Part shown: one piece after another, positions 9,716-18,516 of the stretch
How positions within the stretch are numbered: the first letter of the stretch is position 1
Layout: every line of letters starts with the position of its first letter
Origin: a virus
IMG/VR virus record: IMGVR_UViG_3300009514_000013
Coordinates: 20,363 to 84,362 of that record
Length of the DNA stretch: 64,000 nucleotides
Reading direction: 5' to 3' (one strand)
The notes under the pieces: generated by a model
Told to the model about the DNA's origin: nothing
Seen by the model: the letters and a program-made list of their open reading frames with translations, nothing else
The model's database searches: none
Translations under genes and position numbers: made by a program

Positions 9716-10640
9716 ACAGAAAGCCGAGATGGTTGTCTGGCGAAAGCGATGGTTTGACATTGGGTCATGTTGCGATCCAGCTGACAAGCCAAAAGCAGAA
9801 GCAGCCATCTCGAAGATGTACGAGCTCATCGGTCAGACTGCACCAAAGTTCATTTGGTGCAAGAGTCCACTTGATGCAAATCGAGAGATTCACCGCTACT
9901 CAAAAGGGTTACCGGCTGATCATTCTCTCGAAGGTGAAGACATCGAAATCCAGGGGGCATACCAATGGGGGCAGATGGACTCCTACTGGATTTCTTTCTA
10001 CCTCTTCTGTCGGGATGTAGTTGGTGTTGAGTACTCTGAGAAAGATTCAGAGACGTTGGACCTATGGTCTGAGATTGCTCAGTCTTGTGGTTGGTGGTGG
10101 CCTTATGAAGGTGTGTGTTTTGTGTCTGACCGCCCTCTTGCGGTTCATTGGGAAGACGATCGGGATCCTCCTAGGATTCACAATCCGAATGGACCAGCTG
10201 TGGAGTACCGTGATGGATTCAAGGTCTACGCTATTCGGGACATCCGGGTAGAGCCAAGGATTATCGAGAATCCAGAAACCATCACGTTCGAGGAGATACT
10301 CAGAGAGCGAAACGCTGAGATCCGTAGAGTCCTACTCAGGCAATACGGTGAAGAGCGATTTGTGAATGATTCGCGAGTGAAGATGTTTGCCCAAGATGAA
10401 GAAGGTATCCTCTATTCGATTGATGGTGAGGACATCGACTTCATGTTGCTCAAGGTCATCAATTCAACGCCTGAACCAGATGGTAGCCTTAAGCCGTATT
10501 TTCTCACGACGTTCACTAGTACTGAGACGACGAGAGAGAATACTGGTATCGACTACCACGGACCATGGACACCTCACGCAGCTAGAGCGATCAGCTTCAA
10601 GATTCATCCAGACAAGTTCAATTGTTTGATGGAGACCTAG
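9687..10640 (+). CDS. DUF6745-like protein
   Basis: LTPEQ..W..IG..PAD..AEAAI..Y..P..IW..SP; CGWWWPYEGVCFVSDRP; HNPNGPAVEYRDG; NAEIRR. Confidence 0.75.
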   Translation: MEKIKELTPEQKAEMVVWRKRWFDIGSCCDPADKPKAEAAISKMYELIGQTAPKFIWCKSPLDANREIHRYSKGLPADHSLEGEDIEIQGAYQWGQMDSYWISFYLFCRDVVGVEYSEKDSETLDLWSEIAQSCGWWWPYEGVCFVSDRPLAVHWEDDRDPPRIHNPNGPAVEYRDGFKVYAIRDIRVEPRIIENPETITFEEILRERNAEIRRVLLRQYGEERFVNDSRVKMFAQDEEGILYSIDGEDIDFMLLKVINSTPEPDGSLKPYFLTTFTSTETTRENTGIDYHGPWTPHAARAISFKIHPDKFNCLMET

Positions 10641-10641
10641 G

Positions 10642-10827
10642 ATGAAGAAAGTTGAAATGAAACCTCTTAGCTCCTCGCTTAGGTCCTCGTTTAGCTCCTC
10701 GCTTTGGTCCTCGCTTGGCTCCTCGCTTTGGTCCTCGCTTGGCTCCTCGCTTAGGTCCTCGCTTGGCTCCTCGCTTGGCTCCTCGCTTAGGTCCTCGCTT
10801 GAGGAAGAGTTGAGGTCTCGACGTTAA
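10642..10827 (+). CDS. SLxx tetrapeptide-repeat protein A
   Basis: MKKVEMK + 12 SLxx-type units + ELRSRR. Confidence 0.65.
   Translation: MKKVEMKPLSSSLRSSFSSSLWSSLGSSLWSSLGSSLRSSLGSSLGSSLRSSLEEELRSRR
10663..10806 (+). repeat. 12-bp tandem array A (TCGCTTnnnnnC x12)
   Basis: Units include TCGCTTAGGTCC, TCGCTTTGGTCC, TCGCTTGGCTCC. Confidence 0.95.
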
Positions 10828-10838
10828 AGCGATTTAAC
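10823..10838. promoter_or_regulatory. 16-bp palindrome GTTAAA-N4-TTTAAC, copy 1
   Basis: GTTAAAGCGATTTAAC, 4 nt before ATG 10843. Confidence 0.7.
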
Positions 10839-10842
10839 CGCC

Positions 10843-11019
10843 ATGAACTTCCTCCTAGCCACATCAGTTCCCCCTAAGCAACCTCCTGAACTGGAAGAAA
10901 ACCCCCCTCTCCCGGTTCAGGAGGTTGTACCCAACACCCCACCAACCTACTCAGAAGCTGTCGAAGATACCCTCTCAGATGAAGAGGATTACGTACCATT
11001 CGAAAGGAATTCGTGGTGA
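10843..11019 (+). CDS. 58-aa Pro/acidic hypothetical protein (not in ORF track)
   Basis: Open from ATG 10843 to TGA 11019, overlapping the next start. Confidence 0.4.
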   Translation: MNFLLATSVPPKQPPELEENPPLPVQEVVPNTPPTYSEAVEDTLSDEEDYVPFERNSW

Positions 11020-11285
11020 TCGCATTACGCCTTGTTATTGTTAGCCTTTTCCTGTGCTTTGTGGCCTTCGTCTACGGTTTCGTGATAGCTCGGAATTCTA
11101 TGGATGGAAACGTTGACCACATCAGATGCGAAGCATGGTGCGACCAGGTCAAAGCTACTGACTACAAGTTGATCGACTCTGGTTGCTGGTGTGAGCACTC
11201 AAATGTCTGGTTCAGACAAGCTGATTTCGAAACTGGAGTTGTTCGAACTTGTGACCAATCTGTTGAATCCGAGGTGGTGAGGTAA
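11013..11285 (+). CDS. membrane-anchored Cys-containing protein
   Basis: N-terminal TM helix. Confidence 0.55.
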   Translation: MVIALRLVIVSLFLCFVAFVYGFVIARNSMDGNVDHIRCEAWCDQVKATDYKLIDSGCWCEHSNVWFRQADFETGVVRTCDQSVESEVVR

Positions 11286-11498
11286 TCCCATTCGTTCATC
11301 TGGTTGGTGATCCCATCTTTTTAGAACGACCTTTGTCATGGAACGTTGAACTTGAGGTAAGGGAATGTTTGAAGACCTTGTTTGGAAAAGTCCGATTAAC
11401 TTGGGAGAGATATCCAAATTCCGAGGAATGGTCATTTGATTTGAAACGAATTTCATCATTGACTCAACCACCGACGATCATTGATGATTAATTCCCTC

Positions 11499-12233
11499 AT
11501 GGCAAAAGCACGAATATCCGAAAAGAAATACAACCTCCTCCTAGAAGCATTTCGCGAAGTCCCTGGAAGGACATGGAAGGCATCTGAGATCGCCGGAGTG
11601 CAGCCTAAAACCGCACAAAGAGCTTGGGAACGCGGTTGGGATGATCCGATATGGGCTCGAACTCCGATCAGAGAAATCGTCGAGAAAGAACAGATTGCAG
11701 CTAGAGCAGAGCTTCAACGCCAAGGTGAAAAAGAGAAAGCCAAAGACACGGCTGATCGCGAGAAAGCTAAACTCGACATTGTCCAACAACGAACCAAAGA
11801 AGCAGCCGGTATCAGGAACTCCACCACCAACGTTCTCGCCATCATTCAGAACCAAGGGAAATTCCTACAGAGTACCCAACGCATCAACGATCATCTCCTG
11901 GTCAAGTTTGAAGAAGATGTCAAAGCAAACAAGATCTCGGTGAAGGAGTACACTCAGATTATCAACAGCCTGGCCAATGCTGTGACGAGAGCTGTTCAAG
12001 GTCTGAAGACCGGAATGGAAGCAGCAAGACTCTACCTTGGAGAACCTGAGCAGATCGTTGGTTTCGTCCAACCTCAGGTGAACTATCAACTCGACTACAA
12101 CAAAGCAGAAGCTACATTCGGAGCTGAGTTCATCAAGAAGGTCATGAGAGACTTGGCGGAAGAGAGGATGACTGCAGAGGTCGATCGCTTCTTCGAATGG
12201 GAACATGAGCAAAGGAACATGGAGTTGAACTGA
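11499..12233 (+). CDS. candidate terminase small subunit (HTH + coiled coil)
   Basis: TWKASEIAGVQPKTAQRAW HTH and a long helix; 1.7 kb upstream of TerL; function inferred from position. Confidence 0.5.
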   Translation: MAKARISEKKYNLLLEAFREVPGRTWKASEIAGVQPKTAQRAWERGWDDPIWARTPIREIVEKEQIAARAELQRQGEKEKAKDTADREKAKLDIVQQRTKEAAGIRNSTTNVLAIIQNQGKFLQSTQRINDHLLVKFEEDVKANKISVKEYTQIINSLANAVTRAVQGLKTGMEAARLYLGEPEQIVGFVQPQVNYQLDYNKAEATFGAEFIKKVMRDLAEERMTAEVDRFFEWEHEQRNMELN

Positions 12234-12409
12234 TGAAGCAGTTGGAGATGAAAAATGTCAGGCGTGATCTTGATAAGACTCTTGGTTCCTCCATTGTCAT
12301 GAGACTCGATGCGTTCATTACGTCATCTATTTTTCATCCACTCATGGATTCGCTTCATCAGTCACTTGTAGGCTCAGTACGTCGTGAAGAGAGAAGAGAG
12401 TTGAAGTGA
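12233..12409 (+). CDS. 58-aa degenerate SLxx-family protein (not in ORF track)
   Basis: MKQLEMK...TLGSSI...PLMDSLHQSLVGSV...RELK; same termini as repeat proteins A and C. Confidence 0.6.
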   Translation: MKQLEMKNVRRDLDKTLGSSIVMRLDAFITSSIFHPLMDSLHQSLVGSVRREERRELK

Positions 12410-12594
12410 TGGAGCCGCTTATGAATGAAGTGAATTCAAAGCTCAAGCATCCGCTCATGGATCGACTCTATACATTGCTTTCATTTCAACCTCATATTCT
12501 ACACCCGCTCGATGTTTCTCTTTGGGGATCACTAGGAAGATCATTCCTAGTAGGAGTTCGTACATGTTTGAACGAAAAGACGAGTTCGAAATGA
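12409..12594 (+). CDS. degenerate SLxx-family protein
   Basis: TGATG overlap; HPLDVSLWGSLGRSF. Confidence 0.5.
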   Translation: MEPLMNEVNSKLKHPLMDRLYTLLSFQPHILHPLDVSLWGSLGRSFLVGVRTCLNEKTSSK

Positions 12595-12734
12595 AATTCA
12601 GGTCTTTGAATGAGACCTTGGCAGAGTCGCTTGAGTACTCCATCGAGGGCGCTCTCAGATTTTCACTTGAGAAACCGCTTAGGGATTCTCTTATCCGGTC
12701 GCTGGTGATGCATCTTTCCATGAAGAGTGAATAA
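12564..12734 (+). CDS. degenerate SLxx-family protein
   Basis: AGGAG RBS; EMKFRSLNETLAESLEYSIEGALRFSLEKPLRDSLIRSL. Confidence 0.6.
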   Translation: MFERKDEFEMKFRSLNETLAESLEYSIEGALRFSLEKPLRDSLIRSLVMHLSMKSE

Positions 12735-13099
12735 TGGACTGGCTCCTTTCTTCAACAACTGGTGTTGTTCTACTCCTGCTGCTATTTCCGGCATTGGTTG
12801 GTCTGGTCATAAAACTGTTGCAAAAGCATGAACAGAAGGTGGAGCCTAGAAACAGCTATGAGTGTTGGATCAGGAAGAGGAAGATGAGAGTTGAAGTAGT
12901 CGAGATGATGTGTGACCCGGAGTCGATGAGTGAGTTCACGGCTACCGTGTGGCGAGTTGATGAGAACAACAAAAGTCATATCGAACGATACGAATCGTGG
13001 TTAGGTGCGCAATGGAGACAAGGTCTAGATTTGGTGGATCCAGAAACCAACGACCTACTGAAAACGGAGTTTGAACGATGGGTGAACAAGACAAAGTAG
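12734..13099 (+). CDS. membrane-anchored hypothetical protein
   Basis: N-terminal TM helix; TAATG overlap. Confidence 0.6.
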   Translation: MDWLLSSTTGVVLLLLLFPALVGLVIKLLQKHEQKVEPRNSYECWIRKRKMRVEVVEMMCDPESMSEFTATVWRVDENNKSHIERYESWLGAQWRQGLDLVDPETNDLLKTEFERWVNKTK

Positions 13100-13263
13100 T
13101 TTCCGACGAAGAGCTAGCACAAGTCTTTCATCAGAAGGCTATGGATGCTCTTGGTGTTTCTGGAGAGGTTGCACTGCAGATGTATCGAGATGGCAATACA
13201 GACAACAATCGATTCTGGGATGACATGCGTGTGCTTTTGCACATGTTCGACAGGGGTGAATAA
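13078..13263 (+). CDS. hypothetical protein
   Basis: 61-aa ORF with GGAG RBS. Confidence 0.5.
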   Translation: MGEQDKVVSDEELAQVFHQKAMDALGVSGEVALQMYRDGNTDNNRFWDDMRVLLHMFDRGE

Positions 13264-13580
13264 TGAATGTAAATGACTTCGCCAAAAAGCTTGGATGGCC
13301 ACCACCTACTGACGATCCAGCTTTCCGGACAATTGCGTTGATCTTCAAGCGATACGTCGTCCATTACATTAAGCTCTTCTTCATCTGGACTGTCCCGATG
13401 TTCGCACTTGGCGGTCTTCTCTCCCTTTGGGCTTACCTAGGCATCAGGACCTCTCTTTGGATCTGGACCCCTGATTCTTACATCATGTACCTAGCCTGGG
13501 TTTGGGGCTTCAATTCGATGTTGACCTTTCCAGTACTCGTACCGTTTGCTTTGTGGGTGGCAGACAAGGTTGGGTTGTGA
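13263..13580 (+). CDS. membrane protein
   Basis: Two hydrophobic segments. Confidence 0.6.
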   Translation: MNVNDFAKKLGWPPPTDDPAFRTIALIFKRYVVHYIKLFFIWTVPMFALGGLLSLWAYLGIRTSLWIWTPDSYIMYLAWVWGFNSMLTFPVLVPFALWVADKVGL

Positions 13581-13765
13581 AGATGTCGTCAATCCGATTG
13601 GATATTTATTCCTTTTTGGAAGAGCTACCTAAACTAGCAATGATGGATACAGTACTGGATCTGCCATGTAGTGCTCGGCTTGACCTCTATGAGGGTCTTG
13701 ATACTCCATTAAGGGAGTCGCTCAACTTTTCAATGCAAAAGACGATTGAGTTCGAGGTTGGGTGA
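13577..13765 (+). CDS. degenerate SLxx-family protein
   Basis: GTGA overlap; GLDTPLRESLNFSM. Confidence 0.45.
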   Translation: MKMSSIRLDIYSFLEELPKLAMMDTVLDLPCSARLDLYEGLDTPLRESLNFSMQKTIEFEVG

Positions 13766-13954
13766 ATGGCGAAATTGAAGCTATGTGGTACGTTCTCCCT
13801 ACGGGATCATCTCCAAATTGAGCTTGAAGATGTCGTTGAAAAGAGCTTGTCTGAACCAGTACACGATATCATCATCGGTGAAATCTATGACATCCACAAA
13901 TCGCTTAATACCTCTCTGTGGCGACACACTCACGTAACCTTATATGAGCGTTAA
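13766..13954 (+). CDS. degenerate SLxx-family protein
   Basis: FSLRDHL..KSLSEPV..KSLNTSLWRH. Confidence 0.5.
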   Translation: MAKLKLCGTFSLRDHLQIELEDVVEKSLSEPVHDIIIGEIYDIHKSLNTSLWRHTHVTLYER

Positions 13955-13965
13955 ATCGCTTTAAC
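13950..13965. promoter_or_regulatory. 16-bp palindrome copy 2
   Basis: GTTAAATCGCTTTAAC, 4 nt before the terminase ATG. Confidence 0.7.
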
Positions 13966-13969
13966 ACCC

Positions 13970-15955
13970 ATGGCTGAACACTCTCTCCTCCACATCCGCA
14001 ACCGAGCGATCCAGAAAGCCAGAGGCAACTACAACCACTACGCCGAGTTCGCTCTTCGCAACAACTTAGGAGACCACATCAGGCAGGGAGTCCTTCACCG
14101 CATCTGGCAGGTTCACATCCAGCACTGTTGGAAGCATGGGTACGATCCAGCAATCCTGGCCCCATTTGCTCACGGAAAGTGCCAGCCCAAAGGTTCGTTG
14201 GTCCAAATGGCCGATGGGTCGAGAGTTCCTATTGAGAGGATCAACGGTGAACAAGTCATTGGTTTCGATGAAGAGGAATACTCGTTCTCTCCATCTTCTG
14301 CCCGGTCATTCCCAAACGGAGTCAAGCGAGTCCTCAGGTTGAATCTATGGTCTGGTCGTTCTGTTGAAGTAACCGAAAATCACCCACTCCTGACGGCCGA
14401 TGGGTGGTCTCCAGCTACCAAATTGGAAGTGGGTGATCATGTAGCTGTGTCTCGTAAAATTCCAGACGTTGGTCGTACTCGTCTACGTGAAGGTGAGGCG
14501 CGACTAATTGGGTATTTCATTGGGGATGGGGGGACAACTACACGTCCGATTTTCACAGTAGCCGATGAAGTGATTGAGCAATCCTTTTGTGAGACTGCGA
14601 GGGGGCTTGGGTTTGATCCCAATTCTCACTGTTACCAAAAGACAGCGAAGACGGTATATGTCAAAGGTGCTAGGAAGTGGCTTCGTAGCATAGGCCTTCT
14701 TGGTTGCAACTCGCACACAAAGCGCATCCCGGAGAGCATCTTCAAGGCACCTCTAGATCAGGTATCCGAGTGTCTCGCTGCTTATTTTGAATGCGATGGT
14801 AACGTCTCCACACAACGTACAGGGTCCGCTGAATACTATTCGGTTAATCGAGATTTGCTTTCCGATGTCCAATCTCTCCTCCTGCGGTTCTCAATCAGAT
14901 CTCAACTCAGACGAAAACGAGGTCGTTACAATGGTGAAGTTCACGAGTCTTGGCGCCTGACGATCACAGGGAGTGATAACCTCGAATTGTTCAGAGATCA
15001 GATTCCTGTGATCGGTTCGAAGCGGGAGAAGCTAAAGTCGATTCAATTGGTCAAGGCAAATGCGAATGACGATGGGGTACCTCTAGTGTACCGTGAGTAC
15101 CTGTATCAAACTCCTTATTGGCATAAGAGGAATACCGGTGTTTCTCTCGACCAAATGTCAAAAAGGACTACCAACCGAGAGACTGTTCGGAAAGCAGCCT
15201 TAGCTGAAGGAAACAAGTATCTGATGAACTTGGTTTCGGATTGGGTGTCGTGGGATCGAATCGTATCGATTGAAGACATGGGTGAATTGGAGACCTTTGG
15301 GTTGGAAGTCGATCGTCTTCACACGTACATCACTAATGACGTCATCGTTCACAACACGATTCAGCTAGTCGTTGGTTTCCCAACATTCCTACTCGGACAA
15401 GATCCAAACCAACGCATCAAGGTCATCTGTCAGAATGACGTCAGAGCCATGGAGCGCGTCATGGGTATCTCTGCAATCATCAGATCAGCTCCTTACCAGG
15501 TCCTGTTCCCAAACGTCAGAGAGGTACCAAGAGAGCTCGCTAGGAAGAAAGGTCTACAGTCCAAATGGACTTCTCACGAGATCTTCTTACACAGAGAAGG
15601 CTTCGCCATTGACCCATCCGTTCAAGCAGCAGGCGTCCTCTCAGGCGGTACTGGTGGCCGTTGCGATCTCCTCATCTTTGACGATGTTGTTGACCAGAAG
15701 AACGCCATTGACCAACCAGAACTCAGACAGAAGGTGATCGACAACGTAGACAACGTCTGGTCTCAAAGGCTCGAGCCGACAGGTAGAAAGCTCTTTGTAG
15801 GAACTCCATGGCATCAGGCCGATCTGACCCACAAACTCATGGAGAGGCCATCCTGGTCGGTCTTACGCAACTGGATATCCGAAGACTTCAAACGGATTGA
15901 GATGGAGGTCTACAATCCACCACCTGGCTATCCGATTCCTGTGCTTCAGGAGTGA
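13970..15955 (+). CDS. terL: terminase large subunit, N-terminal ATPase half, with intein
   Basis: Walker A APFAHGK|T, Walker B LLIFDDVVD, motif III VGTPWH; ends before any nuclease domain. Confidence 0.85.
   Translation: MAEHSLLHIRNRAIQKARGNYNHYAEFALRNNLGDHIRQGVLHRIWQVHIQHCWKHGYDPAILAPFAHGKCQPKGSLVQMADGSRVPIERINGEQVIGFDEEEYSFSPSSARSFPNGVKRVLRLNLWSGRSVEVTENHPLLTADGWSPATKLEVGDHVAVSRKIPDVGRTRLREGEARLIGYFIGDGGTTTRPIFTVADEVIEQSFCETARGLGFDPNSHCYQKTAKTVYVKGARKWLRSIGLLGCNSHTKRIPESIFKAPLDQVSECLAAYFECDGNVSTQRTGSAEYYSVNRDLLSDVQSLLLRFSIRSQLRRKRGRYNGEVHESWRLTITGSDNLELFRDQIPVIGSKREKLKSIQLVKANANDDGVPLVYREYLYQTPYWHKRNTGVSLDQMSKRTTNRETVRKAALAEGNKYLMNLVSDWVSWDRIVSIEDMGELETFGLEVDRLHTYITNDVIVHNTIQLVVGFPTFLLGQDPNQRIKVICQNDVRAMERVMGISAIIRSAPYQVLFPNVREVPRELARKKGLQSKWTSHEIFLHREGFAIDPSVQAAGVLSGGTGGRCDLLIFDDVVDQKNAIDQPELRQKVIDNVDNVWSQRLEPTGRKLFVGTPWHQADLTHKLMERPSWSVLRNWISEDFKRIEMEVYNPPPGYPIPVLQE
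14180..15355 (+). mobile_element. 392-aa intein with LAGLIDADG homing endonuclease, inserted in the TerL P-loop
   Basis: Starts CQPKGS, block B TENHP, motifs LIGYFIGDG and LAAYFECDG, ends VIVHN|T. Confidence 0.92.
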
Positions 15956-16082
15956 TCAAGATCATGGACATTGCTGCCATCATAAGTTTGGTGCTGCTTC
16001 TGTCTGCAGTTCGAGGTTGGAATGATGAGGAGTAGACGGAAGTGAGCTTCGTCACAAGTCCTTGAAATCAGTTCTTTTTTGT

Positions 16083-16110
16083 TTGACCTCTCCGACCAGG
16101 TGTTTAAACT
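16083..16110 (+). promoter_or_regulatory. putative sigma70-type promoter
   Basis: TTGACC-N16-TAAACT with an upstream T-rich tract, 8 nt before ATG 16119. Confidence 0.45.
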
Positions 16111-16118
16111 ATTTGTAC

Positions 16119-16286
16119 ATGAACAACACGGCAAGCATCGAAGTGAAATCCACCAGCAAAAAACACACTACTCGCGACGATCGTGGGCGATTCGCTGCTG
16201 AGTGCATCACTTGCGGCGAAGCGAAATCAGACCCCATGAATGAAAAATGCGACGACTGCAACGCGCATGACTATGGACAATTTTAG
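16119..16286 (+). CDS. small zinc-ribbon protein
   Basis: RDDRGRF motif; CITC..CDDC. Confidence 0.5.
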   Translation: MNNTASIEVKSTSKKHTTRDDRGRFAAECITCGEAKSDPMNEKCDDCNAHDYGQF

Positions 16287-16298
16287 GAGTAAGGAACG

Positions 16299-16586
16299 AT
16301 GAAACTTTTCATTCGAAGCATTCCCGAAAACGTAACATGGAACGAACTATTCGACCTGTGTGATAACGCTAGCAAAATGTCGGCCCTACTCGATGAACAG
16401 AACACTATCCGCAAGCGCGAGGGTCGTTCTACGCTACTTAGGACTGTGGTGCGACATAACCAGGTCGTTCGCCATCTGATGGATGTTGTCGGTCATGAAA
16501 GCTTCCCAGCATTCGCACATGCGAACGACTGCACTCCTGGCGACATGGCATTTGTACGATTTGCGTCACATCCGAAATATCTTTAG
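16299..16586 (+). CDS. hypothetical protein
   Basis: AGGAG/AAGGA RBS; 95 aa. Confidence 0.6.
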   Translation: MKLFIRSIPENVTWNELFDLCDNASKMSALLDEQNTIRKREGRSTLLRTVVRHNQVVRHLMDVVGHESFPAFAHANDCTPGDMAFVRFASHPKYL

Positions 16587-16621
16587 TGAAACCAACACAA
16601 GGAAAAGGAAAGGTAACAACA

Positions 16622-17497
16622 ATGAAACTGAACACAATCGAAGCACTCGACAAGTACAACATCAACTTTGACGTCCGAAAGGTTCCCGTGACTCTCGCAT
16701 CTGGAACACCAGTTCCAAACGTCAACGCAATGGTCCGGACTGACACTCTCCAGCCATTTGAAGGAGTCTCGGTCTCCGATACCTACGAGGTAGTTCAGAC
16801 CCGAGACTTCGCTGACATCATTGAGAGGGTCACTGGTAGATTCCAAGCAGATTTCATCAATGGTGGTTCGTTCAAAGAAGGTCGGGTTGTACATCTCCAA
16901 TGCAAGCTACCTGACACGATTAGAGTCTTGGATACGGATGACGTGATTGAGAAGTATCTGACCTTCGTCAATTCGTTTGACGGCTCATCACGGTTTCTCA
17001 TCCTTCCAACATCGATTCGGATCTTCTGCCAGAACCAGATGCCAGCACTGAACGCTGATGCTCGAGATCGAGGATTGAGGTTCAGTCACACTCGTTCGGT
17101 ACGACAGCGGATTAAGCAAGCTGATGAAGCAATCCTTTCGGCTATGAACGCCTACAGGAAGACTGAGGAGACTATTAACCAGTTGGCATCGACTCAGTTC
17201 ACCGATCAACAGTTCGAACAAGTCAACCGGATGATCTTCGGAGTTAAGGATGATGTAGAAGAGATTCCAACTCGAACGAAGAATGCAATGGACAAAACCC
17301 GAGATCTCTTTGAATCTGGTATTGGGTTGGATCGATGGAGGGGTACAGCGTGGGCTGCTTACAACGCAGCAACAGAGTATAGCGATCACCATCGATCGCT
17401 GAGAGCAACCACTAACAAGTTGGAATCTCAGTTGATGGGTTCTGGACTTCTCTTCAAGCAAAAGGCTCTTGGGGCGATCATGAACGTGGCTGCGTAG
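16622..17497 (+). CDS. DUF932/DUF945-family protein
   Basis: Y.VVQ, NSFDGS, RIFCQNQ, HT and GTAWAAYNAATEY.DH motifs. Confidence 0.85.
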   Translation: MKLNTIEALDKYNINFDVRKVPVTLASGTPVPNVNAMVRTDTLQPFEGVSVSDTYEVVQTRDFADIIERVTGRFQADFINGGSFKEGRVVHLQCKLPDTIRVLDTDDVIEKYLTFVNSFDGSSRFLILPTSIRIFCQNQMPALNADARDRGLRFSHTRSVRQRIKQADEAILSAMNAYRKTEETINQLASTQFTDQQFEQVNRMIFGVKDDVEEIPTRTKNAMDKTRDLFESGIGLDRWRGTAWAAYNAATEYSDHHRSLRATTNKLESQLMGSGLLFKQKALGAIMNVAA

Positions 17498-17598
17498 GAA
17501 AGGTAGAATGGGATCATTATTTCGGGCGTATGGCCGGTAGATCTTCAAAAGAGAATGAGATCATGCGTGCTATGGGTACAATTCGTGGTTGGTGATCA

Positions 17599-17877
17599 AT
17601 GACTTGGGACTTCACAGGACTCAAACATGAGTACAGGTGCAATTCATGCGGATATTCAATCTACACTGAACCGGGAAAGAAACCTTCAGTTCTCTGTCCA
17701 GCGTGCAATCCGATCATTCTTCCTGGTCTAATGTTTGGAGACGATGACACTCTCCCAGGCTATCCTGTTGAACCTCCTGATGAAGAGTTGACTGAAGATG
17801 AACAAGCGAAGAAGAAGTTGGACAAGTTCTTTCACGACCCAAAAGATCCGAAGAACAAGTGGTGGCCTGATGAGTAA
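17599..17877 (+). CDS. zinc-ribbon protein
   Basis: CNSC..CPAC. Confidence 0.55.
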   Translation: MTWDFTGLKHEYRCNSCGYSIYTEPGKKPSVLCPACNPIILPGLMFGDDDTLPGYPVEPPDEELTEDEQAKKKLDKFFHDPKDPKNKWWPDE

Positions 17878-17937
17878 GTCATCAAAAGTGATGGGTTAAG
17901 CGTGTATGAGTACGCATCTCATCAAAAGTGAGGAGAT

Positions 17938-18516
17938 ATGACTACCTGGTTCACATCAGATCTACATCTTGGTCATAAACGGATGCTGGACTTCAGAAGA
18001 GATCCACTCGACCGACCATTCAACTCTGTTCAAGAGCATGATGAGCACATCATTAGCCTATGGAACTCCAACGTTGACCCAAAGGACAACGTGTACATCC
18101 TGGGTGATCTGTCCTTCCTTCCGAAAGGCGAGCTGCTTGGAGCTCTGTATCGGATGAACGGTAACAAGCATCTGGTGCTCGGCAATCACGACAAGAGGAA
18201 CCTGAACAACGAAGTGAAGAAGAGGTTCTGTTGGGTCAAGGACTACTATGAGCTGAAGTACGAAGGTCAACACATCGTGATGTCTCACTATCCAATGCTG
18301 GTCTGGAACAAGCACTACCGAGGTTCTTGGATGCTTCATGGTCATTCTCATGGGCATCTCAAAGAGGACCCGTTGGCGAAGCGCATGGATGTCGGCCTAG
18401 ATGCAGCGAAAAACCTATTGCCTAGTAAGGAGATGCGACCACTCTCGTTCGAAGAGGTAAAGAAAGTGATGGACAATCGGGGATTCAAGGCGTTGGATCA
18501 TCATGGGGCGCAATGA
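17938..18516 (+). CDS. calcineurin-like metallophosphoesterase
   Basis: SDLHLGH, LGDLS, GNHD, SHYP, HGHSH. Confidence 0.9.
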   Translation: MTTWFTSDLHLGHKRMLDFRRDPLDRPFNSVQEHDEHIISLWNSNVDPKDNVYILGDLSFLPKGELLGALYRMNGNKHLVLGNHDKRNLNNEVKKRFCWVKDYYELKYEGQHIVMSHYPMLVWNKHYRGSWMLHGHSHGHLKEDPLAKRMDVGLDAAKNLLPSKEMRPLSFEEVKKVMDNRGFKALDHHGAQ

